Assembly (NCBI GenBank): GCA_026391215.1
Contig: JAPLDX010000017.1
Span: 1 to 49,534 of the forward strand
From: Bacteroidia bacterium
Lineage (GTDB): Bacteria; Bacteroidota; Bacteroidia; Bacteroidales; VadinHA17
Length of the DNA: 49,534 bases
Reading direction: 5' to 3'
The notes under the pieces are model-generated. The model was not told the DNA's origin and searched no databases. It saw only the letters and a program-made list of their open reading frames with translations. Of this stretch, positions 19,416 through 29,670 are shown piece by piece; position 1 is the stretch's first letter, and each line of letters starts with the position of its first letter. The translations under genes were made by a program, and so were the position numbers.

Positions 19416-20057
19416 ATGAATATCAAATACAATTATGTTGTAATTGAAGGGAATATTGGTGCTGGGAAGACCACCCTTGCAACCAGGATTTCTGAACAGT
19501 TCAATGCCCGTCTCATCCTGGAGCATTTTGCTGACAATCCGTTTCTCCCAAAATTCTATGACAATCCTGAGAAATACTCTTTTCCGCTTGAATTGTCTTT
19601 TCTGGCCAGCCGTTATAAACAGCTTAAGGAAGAGCTGGCCCCCCAGGATCTGTTCAAGGCTTTTACGGTTGCAGATTATTATTTCATGAAATCGCTGGTT
19701 TTTGCTTCCTCAACTCTTAAGGGTGATGAATATAACCTGTATAGAACAATATTCTATATCATTTATGGCTCGCTGCCAAAGCCCGATATATTTGTTTATC
19801 TTTATCTCACTCCTGAAAAGCTGCTTTCTAACATAGCAAAACGAGGCCGGGATTATGAAAAGACGATAACACGGGAGTATCTTCAAAAGATCCAGGACAG
19901 CTATTTCACATTTTTCAGGCAAAATCCGGAAAACAAGTATCTTGTAATTGATATTAATGGAATAGATTTCGTGGCAGATGAAAATCACTATAGAAAGATA
20001 GTGGAAACAATCTTTAATAAAGATCATTACGCAGGGCTTAATATGGTGATTTTATAA
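19416..20057 (+). CDS. Deoxynucleoside kinase (dNK family)
   Basis: P-loop IEGNIGAGKTT, NPFLPKFY and RGRDYE lid. Confidence 0.92.
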   Translation: MNIKYNYVVIEGNIGAGKTTLATRISEQFNARLILEHFADNPFLPKFYDNPEKYSFPLELSFLASRYKQLKEELAPQDLFKAFTVADYYFMKSLVFASSTLKGDEYNLYRTIFYIIYGSLPKPDIFVYLYLTPEKLLSNIAKRGRDYEKTITREYLQKIQDSYFTFFRQNPENKYLVIDINGIDFVADENHYRKIVETIFNKDHYAGLNMVIL

Positions 20058-20175
20058 ATATTTTAAATAATTTGACAGATACTTTGACTATTTTTTTTTA
20101 AATTTGTAGATAATTTGTATATTGTTCAATTAATGTGCAATAAAAACCGATCATAAACAAATAACTCTTTTTACT

Positions 20176-21894
20176 ATGAAAAAAATCAGTAGCTATTTTA
20201 TCCTTATCCTGGCCGCAGTCGTAATGTCAGGTTGCAGCGGTTTGAATAAGATGAAGCAAAACGCAGGCTTAATCAAGTATGAGGTTAATCCAAAAGTTCT
20301 TGAAGCACATGCAGGCGTTGTGAATGTTGAAATCACAGGACAATTCCCTGCAAGCTATTTCGACAAGAAAACCGAAGTGACAGTAACTCCTGTTCTTACC
20401 TATGCCGGCGGTGAATCCAATTTTGATAAGGTTGATGCCACAGTTCAGGGAGAGAGTGTTCAGGCTAATAACCCGGTTATCACTTATAATGGAGGAAATT
20501 TTAAGTATACCTCATCCGTTCCATACAAGGATGCTATGAAGGTATCAGAGCTGATGTTAAAGGTTAAAGCTAAAAGAGGAACGAAAAGTCTTGATTTTGA
20601 TCCTGTCAAGTTAGCAGATGGCGTCATAGCTACATCAACATTGGTTATGAAGCATGCAAGGAATATTTCCATGAAAGATAATTATGTAAGAATTATTCCT
20701 GAAAGCCAGGCTGCCGATATAAACTATGTGATAAATCAGGCTGAAATCCGGACCACTGAACTGAAAGCCGAGGATATTATCGCACTGAAAAATTATATCA
20801 AAGCTGTAAGTACTGATGCAAACCGTCAGTTCAAAAGCGTGGGGATCAGCTCTTATGCTTCACCTGACGGAGGACTGGATCTGAATACGAAACTTTCTGG
20901 CAACAGAGGCACCGCAGCCGATAAATTACTCAAGAAAGAATTTGAAAAAATTGAAGCTGCAAAAGCTGCAGGCTTCTTTGATTCAAAGACCACACCCGAA
21001 GACTGGGATGGATTTAAAGCCGCTGTTGAAGCCTCAACATTACAGGACAAAGACCTTATTCTGCGTGTACTTTCAATGTATGCCGATCCTGAAGTTCGTG
21101 AGAAAGAGATCAAGAACATGTCAGCAGCTTATGAAGCTCTGAAAACCAATATTCTTCCTCAGCTCAGAAGGTCAAAAATGCTTATAAGTGTTGACAAAAT
21201 TGGCAGAAGCGATGAACAGATCCTTGCTCAGGCCAAATCAGATCCTTCAGTGCTGAGCCTCGAAGAACTGCTTTATGCAGGAACTCTTACAAAAGACGCA
21301 AACGAACAGCTGTCATTCTACAAAGCTGCCCTGCTTGCTAATCCTGCATGTATTCGTGCAGCAAACAACGTTGGTTGTGCATTAATGTCTCTTGACAAAA
21401 CAAATGAAGCTTTAGCAGCGTTCGAAGCAGCAAAACTTATTGAGAATAACGATGTTATAAAGAATAACCTTGGTTTCTGCTATCTTGTAAAAGGCGATCT
21501 TACCAAAGCTAAAGAGCTATTCACATCAATGAGCGCCGCTACAACCGAATCAAAATGGGGACTTGGAGTTCTGGCTATAACCGAAGGCAAATATGACGAC
21601 GCAGTTAACTATTTCGGTTCAGAACCTTGCTTCAACCTTGCTCTTGCACAGTTGCTTAAGAAAGATGTAAACAAAGCAAAAGTTACTCTCGACAGTATGA
21701 AAGAAATGTGCAAATGCGGAAAGCCTTCATACCTTAAGGCAATTGTAGGTGCACGTCTTGATAACAGAGATTATATGCTTAATGGCCTTCGCGAAGCTGT
21801 CGGATTCAATGCTGACCTGAAAGCCTATGCAAAAACCGACCTTGAACTTGCTAAATACTGGAATGACGATACATTTAAGTCAATAGTTCAGTAA
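20176..21894 (+). CDS. Conserved Bacteroidota TPR-containing lipoprotein with an OmpA-like central region
   Basis: Lipobox MSGC, YASPDG..N..LS..R, PEDWDGF, LPQLRRS and C-terminal TPRs. Confidence 0.8.
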   Translation: MKKISSYFILILAAVVMSGCSGLNKMKQNAGLIKYEVNPKVLEAHAGVVNVEITGQFPASYFDKKTEVTVTPVLTYAGGESNFDKVDATVQGESVQANNPVITYNGGNFKYTSSVPYKDAMKVSELMLKVKAKRGTKSLDFDPVKLADGVIATSTLVMKHARNISMKDNYVRIIPESQAADINYVINQAEIRTTELKAEDIIALKNYIKAVSTDANRQFKSVGISSYASPDGGLDLNTKLSGNRGTAADKLLKKEFEKIEAAKAAGFFDSKTTPEDWDGFKAAVEASTLQDKDLILRVLSMYADPEVREKEIKNMSAAYEALKTNILPQLRRSKMLISVDKIGRSDEQILAQAKSDPSVLSLEELLYAGTLTKDANEQLSFYKAALLANPACIRAANNVGCALMSLDKTNEALAAFEAAKLIENNDVIKNNLGFCYLVKGDLTKAKELFTSMSAATTESKWGLGVLAITEGKYDDAVNYFGSEPCFNLALAQLLKKDVNKAKVTLDSMKEMCKCGKPSYLKAIVGARLDNRDYMLNGLREAVGFNADLKAYAKTDLELAKYWNDDTFKSIVQ

Positions 21895-21917
21895 TCAGCA
21901 ATTCTTAAAATATTAAG

Positions 21918-21943
21918 AAGGCTGCCAGCATGGCAGCCTTTTT
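21918..21943 (+). terminator. Intrinsic terminator
   Basis: aaggctgcca-gca-tggcagccttttt. Confidence 0.85.
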
Positions 21944-21996
21944 AATTATGTGTACATACTCTTTACTTCCTTTCAACCTCCCCGCTGATTCTTTGA

Positions 21997-22119
21997 CCTC
22001 ACCCCCTCCTATCCCCCTCTCCCGGGGAGAGAGGGGGATGCCAGATCCAATATAATTTATAGCTAATTATCAGCGATTTGCTCCCCTTCTCTCCTGGGAG
22101 AAGGGGATGGGGGATGAGG
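21997..22119. repeat. ~123-bp double-hairpin REP/MITE-like element (copy 1)
   Basis: cctcaccccc...ccccctctccc-gggagagaggggg, spacer, ccccttctctcctgggagaagggg...gggatgagg. About 80% identical to 27213-27334 by manual alignment. Confidence 0.88.
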
Positions 22120-22635
22120 TTTAGAAAATTCCCACAATACTATTCCCGCACTCACGGCAATGTTAAAAGAGTGCTTTGTTCCAAATTGAGGTATCTCAAC
22201 AACATAATCACATTCATTAAGAATACCCTGTTCAACTCCATTAACTTCATTTCCAAAAACCAGAGCATACCTGGTATCTTTTTCTGCATTAAATTCACCA
22301 AGCCAGGTCGATCCCTCAGCCTGTTCAATACCCACTATTTTATAACCAAGTGATTTAAGCTCCTTTACAGCCGCAGATGTCTCCTTAAAATATTTCCATA
22401 AGACGGATTCAGCAGCGCCAAGTGCTGTCTTTTGAATTTCACGGTGAGGAGGCGTGCCCGTAATACCGCACAGATATATACTTTCGATCAGAAAAGCATC
22501 AGCAGTCCTGAATACTGAACCCACATTGCTCTGGCTCCTTACATTATCAAGAACAATGACAACGGGCAACTTTTCAGATTTTCTGAACTGATCAATACTT
22601 TTTCTGCCCAGCTCTTTGTTATGAAGCTTACGCAT
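22063..22635 (-). CDS. TrmH/SpoU family RNA methyltransferase
   Basis: LDNVRSQSNVGSVFRTADAF, VFGNEVNG and IPQFGTKHSFNIAVSAGI SPOUT motifs. The C-terminal tail is derived from the repeat element. Confidence 0.92.
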   Translation of the reverse strand: MRKLHNKELGRKSIDQFRKSEKLPVVIVLDNVRSQSNVGSVFRTADAFLIESIYLCGITGTPPHREIQKTALGAAESVLWKYFKETSAAVKELKSLGYKIVGIEQAEGSTWLGEFNAEKDTRYALVFGNEVNGVEQGILNECDYVVEIPQFGTKHSFNIAVSAGIVLWEFSKPHPPSPSPRREGEQIADN

Positions 22636-22733
22636 TCTTTTTTATGACAAAATAACTAAAAATCCGTTTATTCCTTTTATTTTGTAGTCAGTGAATTCTG
22701 TCACAGGAAGTACCTTAATTTAAAAGAAGCAAG

Positions 22734-23927
22734 ATGAATATTCATGAATTTCAGGGTAAATCATTGCTGCGTGCATATAATGTTGATATCCAGGAAGGTT
22801 TTGTTGCTGAAACTCCTGATCAGGCAGTAATGGTGGCGGGACAGCTCCGTGAAAAGTTTGGATGTGAGTTTTTTGTTGTCAAAGCCCAGATTCATGCAGG
22901 CGGCAGGGGCAAAGGAGGAGGAGTCAAACTGGCAAAAAGCATTGAGGAAGCTGGTTTACTGGCTTCAAAAATGATAGGCATGCAGCTTGTTACTCCTCAG
23001 ACCGGACCTTCAGGTAAAAAAGTGAACAGGGTGCTAATTGCCCAGGATGTTTATTATAAGGGAGAATCCGAAATTAAAGAATTTTATATTAGTTTATTAT
23101 TGAACAGGAAGACAGGAAGATACACAATAATGTATTCTCCTGAGGGAGGCATGTCAATAGAAGAAGTCGCTGAAAAAACACCCAACCTGATTTTCACTGA
23201 GGAGATCACCCCGGGGACAGGCCTTCGCTCTTTCCAGTGCCGTAATATTGCCTTTAATCTAGGCTTATCAGGTGCCGCACATATAAATATGATCAAATTC
23301 CTGAATGGGATTTATGAAACATTCACAGGATGCGATGCCCAGCTTCTTGAGATAAATCCGGTCCTGAAGACCAGCGATAACAGGATTCTTGCTGTTGACT
23401 GTAAGGTGGTACTTGACGATAATGCTCTCTTCAGGCATCCTGATCTATCAGAAATGAGAGACCTGAGCGAGGAAGATCCGGTTGAAGTGGAAGCAGCTGA
23501 TAACAAGCTGAACTTTATCAGGCTTGACGGGAATGTAGGATGTATGGTCAATGGAGCAGGCCTTGCAATGGCAACAATGGATATAATAAAGCTTTCCGGA
23601 GGAGCACCTGCGAACTTTCTGGATGTAGGAGGAGGCGCAAATGCCAAAACTGTTGAAGCCGGATTCAGGATCATCCTGAAAGACCCTGCAGTAAAGGCAA
23701 TTCTTATAAATATTTTCGGCGGGATAGTAAGATGCGACAGAGTAGCAATTGGAGTTGTTGAAGCATATAAAACTATAGGGCAGATTAAGGTGCCTGTGAT
23801 AGTCAGGCTTCAGGGAACGAATGCCGAAAAAGCGAAGGAGATAATTGACAGTTCGGGTTTGAAGGTGTCTTCTGCCATTTCATTCAGGGAAGCAGCAGAG
23901 AAGGTAAGGGAGGTGTTTAGTGTCTAA
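22734..23927 (+). CDS. sucC: Succinate--CoA ligase (ADP-forming) beta subunit
   Basis: MNIHEFQGK, KAQIHAGGRGKGGGV, GCMVNGAGLAMATMD and NIFGGIVRCD. Confidence 0.97.
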   Translation: MNIHEFQGKSLLRAYNVDIQEGFVAETPDQAVMVAGQLREKFGCEFFVVKAQIHAGGRGKGGGVKLAKSIEEAGLLASKMIGMQLVTPQTGPSGKKVNRVLIAQDVYYKGESEIKEFYISLLLNRKTGRYTIMYSPEGGMSIEEVAEKTPNLIFTEEITPGTGLRSFQCRNIAFNLGLSGAAHINMIKFLNGIYETFTGCDAQLLEINPVLKTSDNRILAVDCKVVLDDNALFRHPDLSEMRDLSEEDPVEVEAADNKLNFIRLDGNVGCMVNGAGLAMATMDIIKLSGGAPANFLDVGGGANAKTVEAGFRIILKDPAVKAILINIFGGIVRCDRVAIGVVEAYKTIGQIKVPVIVRLQGTNAEKAKEIIDSSGLKVSSAISFREAAEKVREVFSV

Positions 23928-24630
23928 GAGGATCAGGGTAAAACCGTTAGGTTACGTTGTTATTTCAATTATCGGGCTCTTCATTGCTTTTTTTATAGTT
24001 TCGGGAATCAGTCCGAAGGACAGGGACAAGGGTTTTCGCTGGTACATTAATAAAACAATAGGCCGGGAATGTGTCCAATACGGTCAGCAGATCTATAGCA
24101 GAAAGCTGAAGGATCTGCTGCCTGGTTACATTGCCGTTTCGCGTGCTTCTGGTATCGGTAAGTGCAACGATAAAAGGGAGTTGCTGAGAAAAGCTGCGGG
24201 AAGAGAAATCTTCAGGATCAGGGACGGAAGGGGATATTTAATTGAGGACCTTTCATACAGCTACCCTTACCTTACAAAAGAGGGAAAGGAGCTACTGAAA
24301 GAGATAGGAAAGCGATTCAGAAAGAAAATCTCCGGTACTCCCCTCCGGGGATCTGATTTTAAGATCACATCCATGACCAGGACAAACGAGATCCTCAGGA
24401 AGCTGAGAAAGTCAAATTCGAATGTTTCTGGAAATTCCCCCCATTTTTATGGCAATGCATTCGATATCAGTTATGTAAGGTTTTCAGCAAAAAAATGGTT
24501 TGTCACCGATTGCGATAAATATTATCTGAAGGAAGCACTGGCAGAGGTTATCTGGCAGTTAAGGGAAGAAAAAAGATGCTGGGCAACTTATGAGATTAAG
24601 CAGGGCTGCTTTCATGTTGTCGCCAGGTAA
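23920..24630 (+). CDS. DUF5715-like membrane-anchored protein (peptidase M15-like H/D/H pattern)
   Basis: N-terminal TM, SYPYLT, ITSMTRT, SPHFYGNAFDISY and CFHV. GTG start overlaps the end of sucC. Confidence 0.72.
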   Translation: MSKRIRVKPLGYVVISIIGLFIAFFIVSGISPKDRDKGFRWYINKTIGRECVQYGQQIYSRKLKDLLPGYIAVSRASGIGKCNDKRELLRKAAGREIFRIRDGRGYLIEDLSYSYPYLTKEGKELLKEIGKRFRKKISGTPLRGSDFKITSMTRTNEILRKLRKSNSNVSGNSPHFYGNAFDISYVRFSAKKWFVTDCDKYYLKEALAEVIWQLREEKRCWATYEIKQGCFHVVAR

Positions 24631-24634
24631 GAGA

Positions 24635-25135
24635 TCACCTTTTTCTATGTGATCCGTCACAAAAAGGCATTTGTTTGCTTTCACCACACCTGCAAAATGA
24701 AACCAGGCTTTCCTTTACCTCTTTTATATTCCCGTCGTCGTATTTTATTGTAAAATTGCCCTTGATGACTATCGGCCCGTCCTTCATGATTTTTACAACG
24801 ACAGGATTCTCAGTATGCGCTGGTTGATCCTGATCCATCAGTTCAGGTCTTCGGAACTTAATATGATTGGTATGCTCTCCGCCAACTGTTTTATTCTTCT
24901 CATCATCATTCCACTTCCATGTAAGAGCTTCAGTAGGGCATAAATTAACTGTTTCTATAATCAGGCTTGTTGGTGCTCCCTCCATGTTAACCCATGGTCT
25001 CTTTCCCGGGTCAAACACTTCAATAAGCTCCCTGTAACAGTATGATGCATGTACACAGGCATCAGGCTTCCAGTATACTGTTATTTCCTCATTGTTATAT
25101 TTCCTGTTGTAGGTCATTAATTTATATCTTTCCAT
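24635..25135 (-). CDS. Divergent 4Fe-4S (YjdI-like) domain plus CDGSH iron-sulfur domain protein
   Basis: CVHASYC...VF....RPWV...CPTEAL and CRCGESKQMPFCDGSH. Confidence 0.88.
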   Translation of the reverse strand: MERYKLMTYNRKYNNEEITVYWKPDACVHASYCYRELIEVFDPGKRPWVNMEGAPTSLIIETVNLCPTEALTWKWNDDEKNKTVGGEHTNHIKFRRPELMDQDQPAHTENPVVVKIMKDGPIVIKGNFTIKYDDGNIKEVKESLVSFCRCGESKQMPFCDGSHRKR

Positions 25136-25290
25136 CCATGACAGACGTCTATCCCTGATTATCTACCTGCAATTTAACATTTTTTGTGAAAAATATAAGA
25201 CATATTTATCTTATGAATACATAAATTTGCCCCCGGTCTTATTATTGGAAATAAGGGGAATATTCCTATTATTTAGTAGCGAATGCAATA

Positions 25291-27156
25291 ATGATGAAAG
25301 GTAGTTGGGATAGTCTGAAAAAGAAATATGGCAGCTTTCTGCCTGCTTTAGCTATATTGTTATTCATGGTTGCTGTAACGGGCCAGGTATTTGGCTCAGC
25401 TGCCACTGCACCCCAGGCAATTACGACACCATTTCTTCATTTGCTTCTTACAATCATTGGAGCTCTGCTTATAATCTGTGCCGGAATAATATTCTTTTCC
25501 ATAAAGCTGAAAAAAATCAACCGGGAACTCACGAACAGAAATGAAAGGATTGAAGAGATTAACATTAAGCTTCAGAAAACAAACAAGGAACTTGAGATCC
25601 AGAAGGATCTTCTGAATAAAAAGTATTACGAATCTGATAAGTTCTTCTGGAAATTGATTCAGTCAGCAGATGATGGTATCTCTTTTTATGACAAAGAATG
25701 GAACCTGAAATATGCTAATCCTGCATTTTATTCAGTTATCGGATATGACGTGGAGTCATATCATACTACTGATCCGGCATATTTTATCCATCCCGATGAT
25801 TCTGAATATCCTAAAAAAAGAATGAATGGGCTGAGAGAAAAAGGGATCTTTGTCAGCGAAGTAAAGCTGAGGCATAAGGATGGACATTATGTTAATCTTT
25901 CGACCCGGTCAGTAGTTGTAAGGGACGAAGCCGGAGAGATTTTCGGAGCACTTACTATTTCACGTGATACAACCAGGCTCAAGCAGGTCCATGAAGAACT
26001 TATAAAAGCCAATCTTGAAGCTGAAATGAGCAACAGGCTCAAATCCAGCTTTCTGGCCAATATATCGCATGAAATAAGAACACCGCTGAATAGCGTGGTT
26101 GGATTTTCCAACCTTCTTCTTGAAGATGATTTATCCACTGAAGCTAAAAAAGAATACATTGAACATATTAACCATAACAGTGAGAAACTGCTTCAGATCA
26201 TAGGTGACATAATTGATCTTTCAAGGCTTGAAAGTTCGCAGATTGAGATCACATATGAGGAAGCATCTGTGAATAGCATTGTTAATGAAGTAGTTGAAGA
26301 AGCTAAAAAGGGAATAAAACGGAACGAAAAACCAATAATACTGAATTTAAAGGATCAGTTTGAAGAAGATAGTGATCTTATATTTACTGACAGGATATGG
26401 CTTAAGAGAGTATTGACGCATCTGATGGATAATGCCGTGAAATTTACTCTTGATGGTTCAATAGAATTTTCTTACTATAGGGAAAATGAAGATCTTATCT
26501 TCAAGATCAAGGATACAGGAATAGGCATTAATAAGGAAAACCTGGGACATATTTTTGAAGAATTCCGGCAGGAAATTGATGGTCATCATCGTCCGTTTGA
26601 AGGACTTGGAATAGGGCTGACGCTGGCGAAGGAGGTTATTGAAAGAATGGGTGGCAAAATCTTTGTTCAGTCGGAGAAGGGTGTCGGTTCTGAGTTCAGC
26701 TTCTCAATTCCTTACAGGCCGGCGGGAAGCACCAAAGCAAAGTTAAAGGCTTTATTTAAGAACCAGCAGGAAGGACCCCTGAACTGGAGTTCAAAAAAAT
26801 GCCTTCTTGTTGACGACAACAAGGATGTGCTTATATACCTTAAAAGGATACTTCTAGATACTGGAATAAATGTCATAACTGCCCGCTCAGGCGTTGAAGC
26901 TATTGAAATTATCAAAGACACCCATGATCTGGATATTGTTGTACTCGATATGCAGATGCCCGAAATGAACGGAATTGAAGTGACACAGGAGATAAGGAAG
27001 ATAAGCAGGGACATCCCAATTATTGCGCAGACAGCATTCATATTCGAGAATGATAAAGATATTATTCTGCAGGCAGGATGCGACGCCTGCCTTATTAAGC
27101 CAATACGTAAGGAACATCTGATTACGGTGATGTCGTCGTTTATAAAACCGAATTAG
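25291..27156 (+). CDS. Hybrid sensor histidine kinase/response regulator with PAS domain
   Basis: TM segments, coiled coil, PAS (IHPDD), H-box SHEIRTPLN, NAVKFT, DTGIGI, GLGIGL and receiver (LLVDD, LDMQMP, KP). Confidence 0.93.
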   Translation: MMKGSWDSLKKKYGSFLPALAILLFMVAVTGQVFGSAATAPQAITTPFLHLLLTIIGALLIICAGIIFFSIKLKKINRELTNRNERIEEINIKLQKTNKELEIQKDLLNKKYYESDKFFWKLIQSADDGISFYDKEWNLKYANPAFYSVIGYDVESYHTTDPAYFIHPDDSEYPKKRMNGLREKGIFVSEVKLRHKDGHYVNLSTRSVVVRDEAGEIFGALTISRDTTRLKQVHEELIKANLEAEMSNRLKSSFLANISHEIRTPLNSVVGFSNLLLEDDLSTEAKKEYIEHINHNSEKLLQIIGDIIDLSRLESSQIEITYEEASVNSIVNEVVEEAKKGIKRNEKPIILNLKDQFEEDSDLIFTDRIWLKRVLTHLMDNAVKFTLDGSIEFSYYRENEDLIFKIKDTGIGINKENLGHIFEEFRQEIDGHHRPFEGLGIGLTLAKEVIERMGGKIFVQSEKGVGSEFSFSIPYRPAGSTKAKLKALFKNQQEGPLNWSSKKCLLVDDNKDVLIYLKRILLDTGINVITARSGVEAIEIIKDTHDLDIVVLDMQMPEMNGIEVTQEIRKISRDIPIIAQTAFIFENDKDIILQAGCDACLIKPIRKEHLITVMSSFIKPN

Positions 27157-27212
27157 GACGCGTACTCCTCAATCCTCACAATAACTACCATAGCCCCCTT
27201 CTTTTTCATTCG

Positions 27213-27334
27213 CCTCACCCCCTCATGTCCCCCTCTCCCAGGAGAGAGGGGGAAGCTAAATTCTATAGACTAAATAGCTAGTTATAAGTAATTTACACCC
27301 CTTCTCTCTTGGGAGAAGGGGGCAGGGGATGAGG
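27213..27334. repeat. ~122-bp double-hairpin REP/MITE-like element (copy 2)
   Basis: Same orientation and sequence family as 21997-22119, including the spacer core atagcta(a/g)ttat. Confidence 0.88.
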
Positions 27335-27376
27335 TTATAAAGGTTTTTATTCTTACTTTGCATGAAGCTTTCATAT

Positions 27377-29665
27377 ATGCCCTACAGTTTTGCAGATATT
27401 ATTTTGCCCCTTGCGGTAAGAGGAAGATTTACATACAGTATCCCGGAACATCTTTCTCAGTCAGTATTACCAGGTGTAAGAGTACGTGTTCAGCTCGGCA
27501 ACAGGAAGATTTATTCAGGAATCATCTGCAGGGTTCACAACAACACCCCGGGATTTAAAAATATCAGACCGGTAATGGAAGTGCTTGACCCTGTACCCCT
27601 TGTAAATGAAAGGCAGCTTGATCACTGGCAATGGATATCAGACTACTACATGTGTTCCGAGGGAGAAGTGATGAAGGCTGCAGTTCCGGCAGCATTATTC
27701 CCGTCAGGAGAAACCTCTACACCGCTGACTGAAAAATATAAGCCCAGGAAAGAAACATTTATTGAGCTGGCAGCTAAATTCTCTGATATAGAATTGAATG
27801 AAATTCTGGACAAGCTGGCAAGATCACCCGGGCAATTCAAGATACTGACTGCCTATCTTCATTTAACAGGATATAATTCAGACTCAGACATCATACCCCT
27901 GCGTAAATCATTGCTGCTGAAAGAATCTGGATCATCTGCCGGGATATTTAAACCTCTTATAAAAAAAAGGATCCTTGCTGCAGTCAATCTTGAGGTGGGA
28001 AGACTGAAAGATTATGGGAATATGAATGAACCTTTAAGGCAATTAAGTGATAGTCAACGAGTAGCATTCAATTCTATTTGTAATTCATTCAAGGAAAAAG
28101 ATATTGTATTGCTTCATGGAGTGACATCCAGCGGCAAAACAGAAATATATATTCATCTTATTGAGGAACAGCTAAAGCAAGGGAGACAGGTTCTTTACAT
28201 GCTTCCTGAAATTGCCCTGACCACGCAGATAATCCTGAGGCTGCAAAAGCATTTCGGACCTGTCACCGGAATCTATCATTCCCGTTTTAATGAGCAGGAG
28301 AGAGTGGAAATATGGAATCGTGTGGCCGATAAAAATCCTGATACCGGGTACAGACTTATCCTTGGAGTAAGGTCCTCATTATTCTTGCCTTTCAGCAACC
28401 TCGGACTTGTGATTATTGATGAGGAACATGATACATCGTATAAGCAGCATGATCCAGCACCAAGGTATCATGCACGCGACTCTGCAATAATGCTGGCGGC
28501 CCTCCATAAGGCAAAAACGCTTCTGGGATCTGCTTCTCCCTCCATTGAGAGTTACAATAATGCTGTTAACGGAAAATACGGATATGCTGAATTAAAGGAG
28601 AGATACGGGCTGATAAAGCTGCCAGAGATCATTATCGCAAATACCCGTGAGGCATACAGGAAAAAACTGATGGTTTCGCATTTTACTCCTGAACTGCTTG
28701 AAGCTGTGGACCGGGCACTTGGGAGGAATGAACAGGTCATTCTCTTTCAGAACCGAAGGGGATTTTCTCCATACATTGAGTGTCCTGAATGCGGATGGAT
28801 ACCTGTATGTATTCAGTGTGCGGTAAATCTTACATACCATAAGACACTGAACCGGCTTGTCTGCCATTATTGCGGATATACCTCCCCAGTGCCGTCAAAG
28901 TGCGACGGCTGTAGTTATCCCGGACTTGCTACAAGAGGATTCGGCACTGAAAAGATTGAGGATGAGATTAAAATTGTTTTTCCTGATGCCCGTGTGGCAA
29001 GAATGGACCAGGATACAACAAGAACCAGAAACTCATTTAACAGGATCATCCAGGCTTTTGAAGAGCATCGTACAGATATACTTATCGGTACCCAGATGAT
29101 TTCTAAAGGGCTTGATTTTGAAAATCTTACAGTTGTCGGGATACTTAATGCCGATAATCTTATGAACTTCCCGGACTTCAGGGCTCATGAAAGAAGCTAC
29201 CAGCTGATGGAACAGGTCAGCGGAAGGGCAGGACGAAGACAGAAACAAGGTAAAGTAGTGATTCAGACATCAGATCCCGCAAATAAAATCATACGACTGG
29301 TACTGCTGCATGATTATCTGACTATGTTCCGTCTCCAGGCGGAAGAGAGAAAGAATTTCTATTATCCCCCTTTTAGCAGATTAATAAGGATAAGCATAAA
29401 ACATAAGGATAAGGCTTTATTGAATAAGTATGCTGATATACTTGGGAACGATCTTAAAGCTACTTTCGGCAGGAGGGTTCTTGGTCCTGAGTTCCCGATT
29501 ATATCGAGGATTCAGCTGTGGTACATAAAAACCATACTTCTGAAAATTGAGAAGGAAAAACCTGCAGCAAAGGCCAGGCAGATGATCCTGGAATCTATTG
29601 ACAGGCTTGAAAAAGAAAAGGGAGCAACCTCCCTGAGGATAGCGATTGATGTGGATCCTTACTGA
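27377..29665 (+). CDS. priA: Primosomal protein N' (replication restart helicase)
   Basis: GVTSSGKTE, DEEHD, QNRRG, Cys-rich zinc cluster, GTQMISKGLDF and QVSGRAGR. The start could be 27362 or 27377. Confidence 0.96.
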   Translation: MPYSFADIILPLAVRGRFTYSIPEHLSQSVLPGVRVRVQLGNRKIYSGIICRVHNNTPGFKNIRPVMEVLDPVPLVNERQLDHWQWISDYYMCSEGEVMKAAVPAALFPSGETSTPLTEKYKPRKETFIELAAKFSDIELNEILDKLARSPGQFKILTAYLHLTGYNSDSDIIPLRKSLLLKESGSSAGIFKPLIKKRILAAVNLEVGRLKDYGNMNEPLRQLSDSQRVAFNSICNSFKEKDIVLLHGVTSSGKTEIYIHLIEEQLKQGRQVLYMLPEIALTTQIILRLQKHFGPVTGIYHSRFNEQERVEIWNRVADKNPDTGYRLILGVRSSLFLPFSNLGLVIIDEEHDTSYKQHDPAPRYHARDSAIMLAALHKAKTLLGSASPSIESYNNAVNGKYGYAELKERYGLIKLPEIIIANTREAYRKKLMVSHFTPELLEAVDRALGRNEQVILFQNRRGFSPYIECPECGWIPVCIQCAVNLTYHKTLNRLVCHYCGYTSPVPSKCDGCSYPGLATRGFGTEKIEDEIKIVFPDARVARMDQDTTRTRNSFNRIIQAFEEHRTDILIGTQMISKGLDFENLTVVGILNADNLMNFPDFRAHERSYQLMEQVSGRAGRRQKQGKVVIQTSDPANKIIRLVLLHDYLTMFRLQAEERKNFYYPPFSRLIRISIKHKDKALLNKYADILGNDLKATFGRRVLGPEFPIISRIQLWYIKTILLKIEKEKPAAKARQMILESIDRLEKEKGATSLRIAIDVDPY

Positions 29666-29670
29666 AAACC

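Noticed and set aside
22734-23927. sucC without adjacent sucD as an anomaly
   Set aside because: sucC and sucD are commonly unlinked in Bacteroidota.
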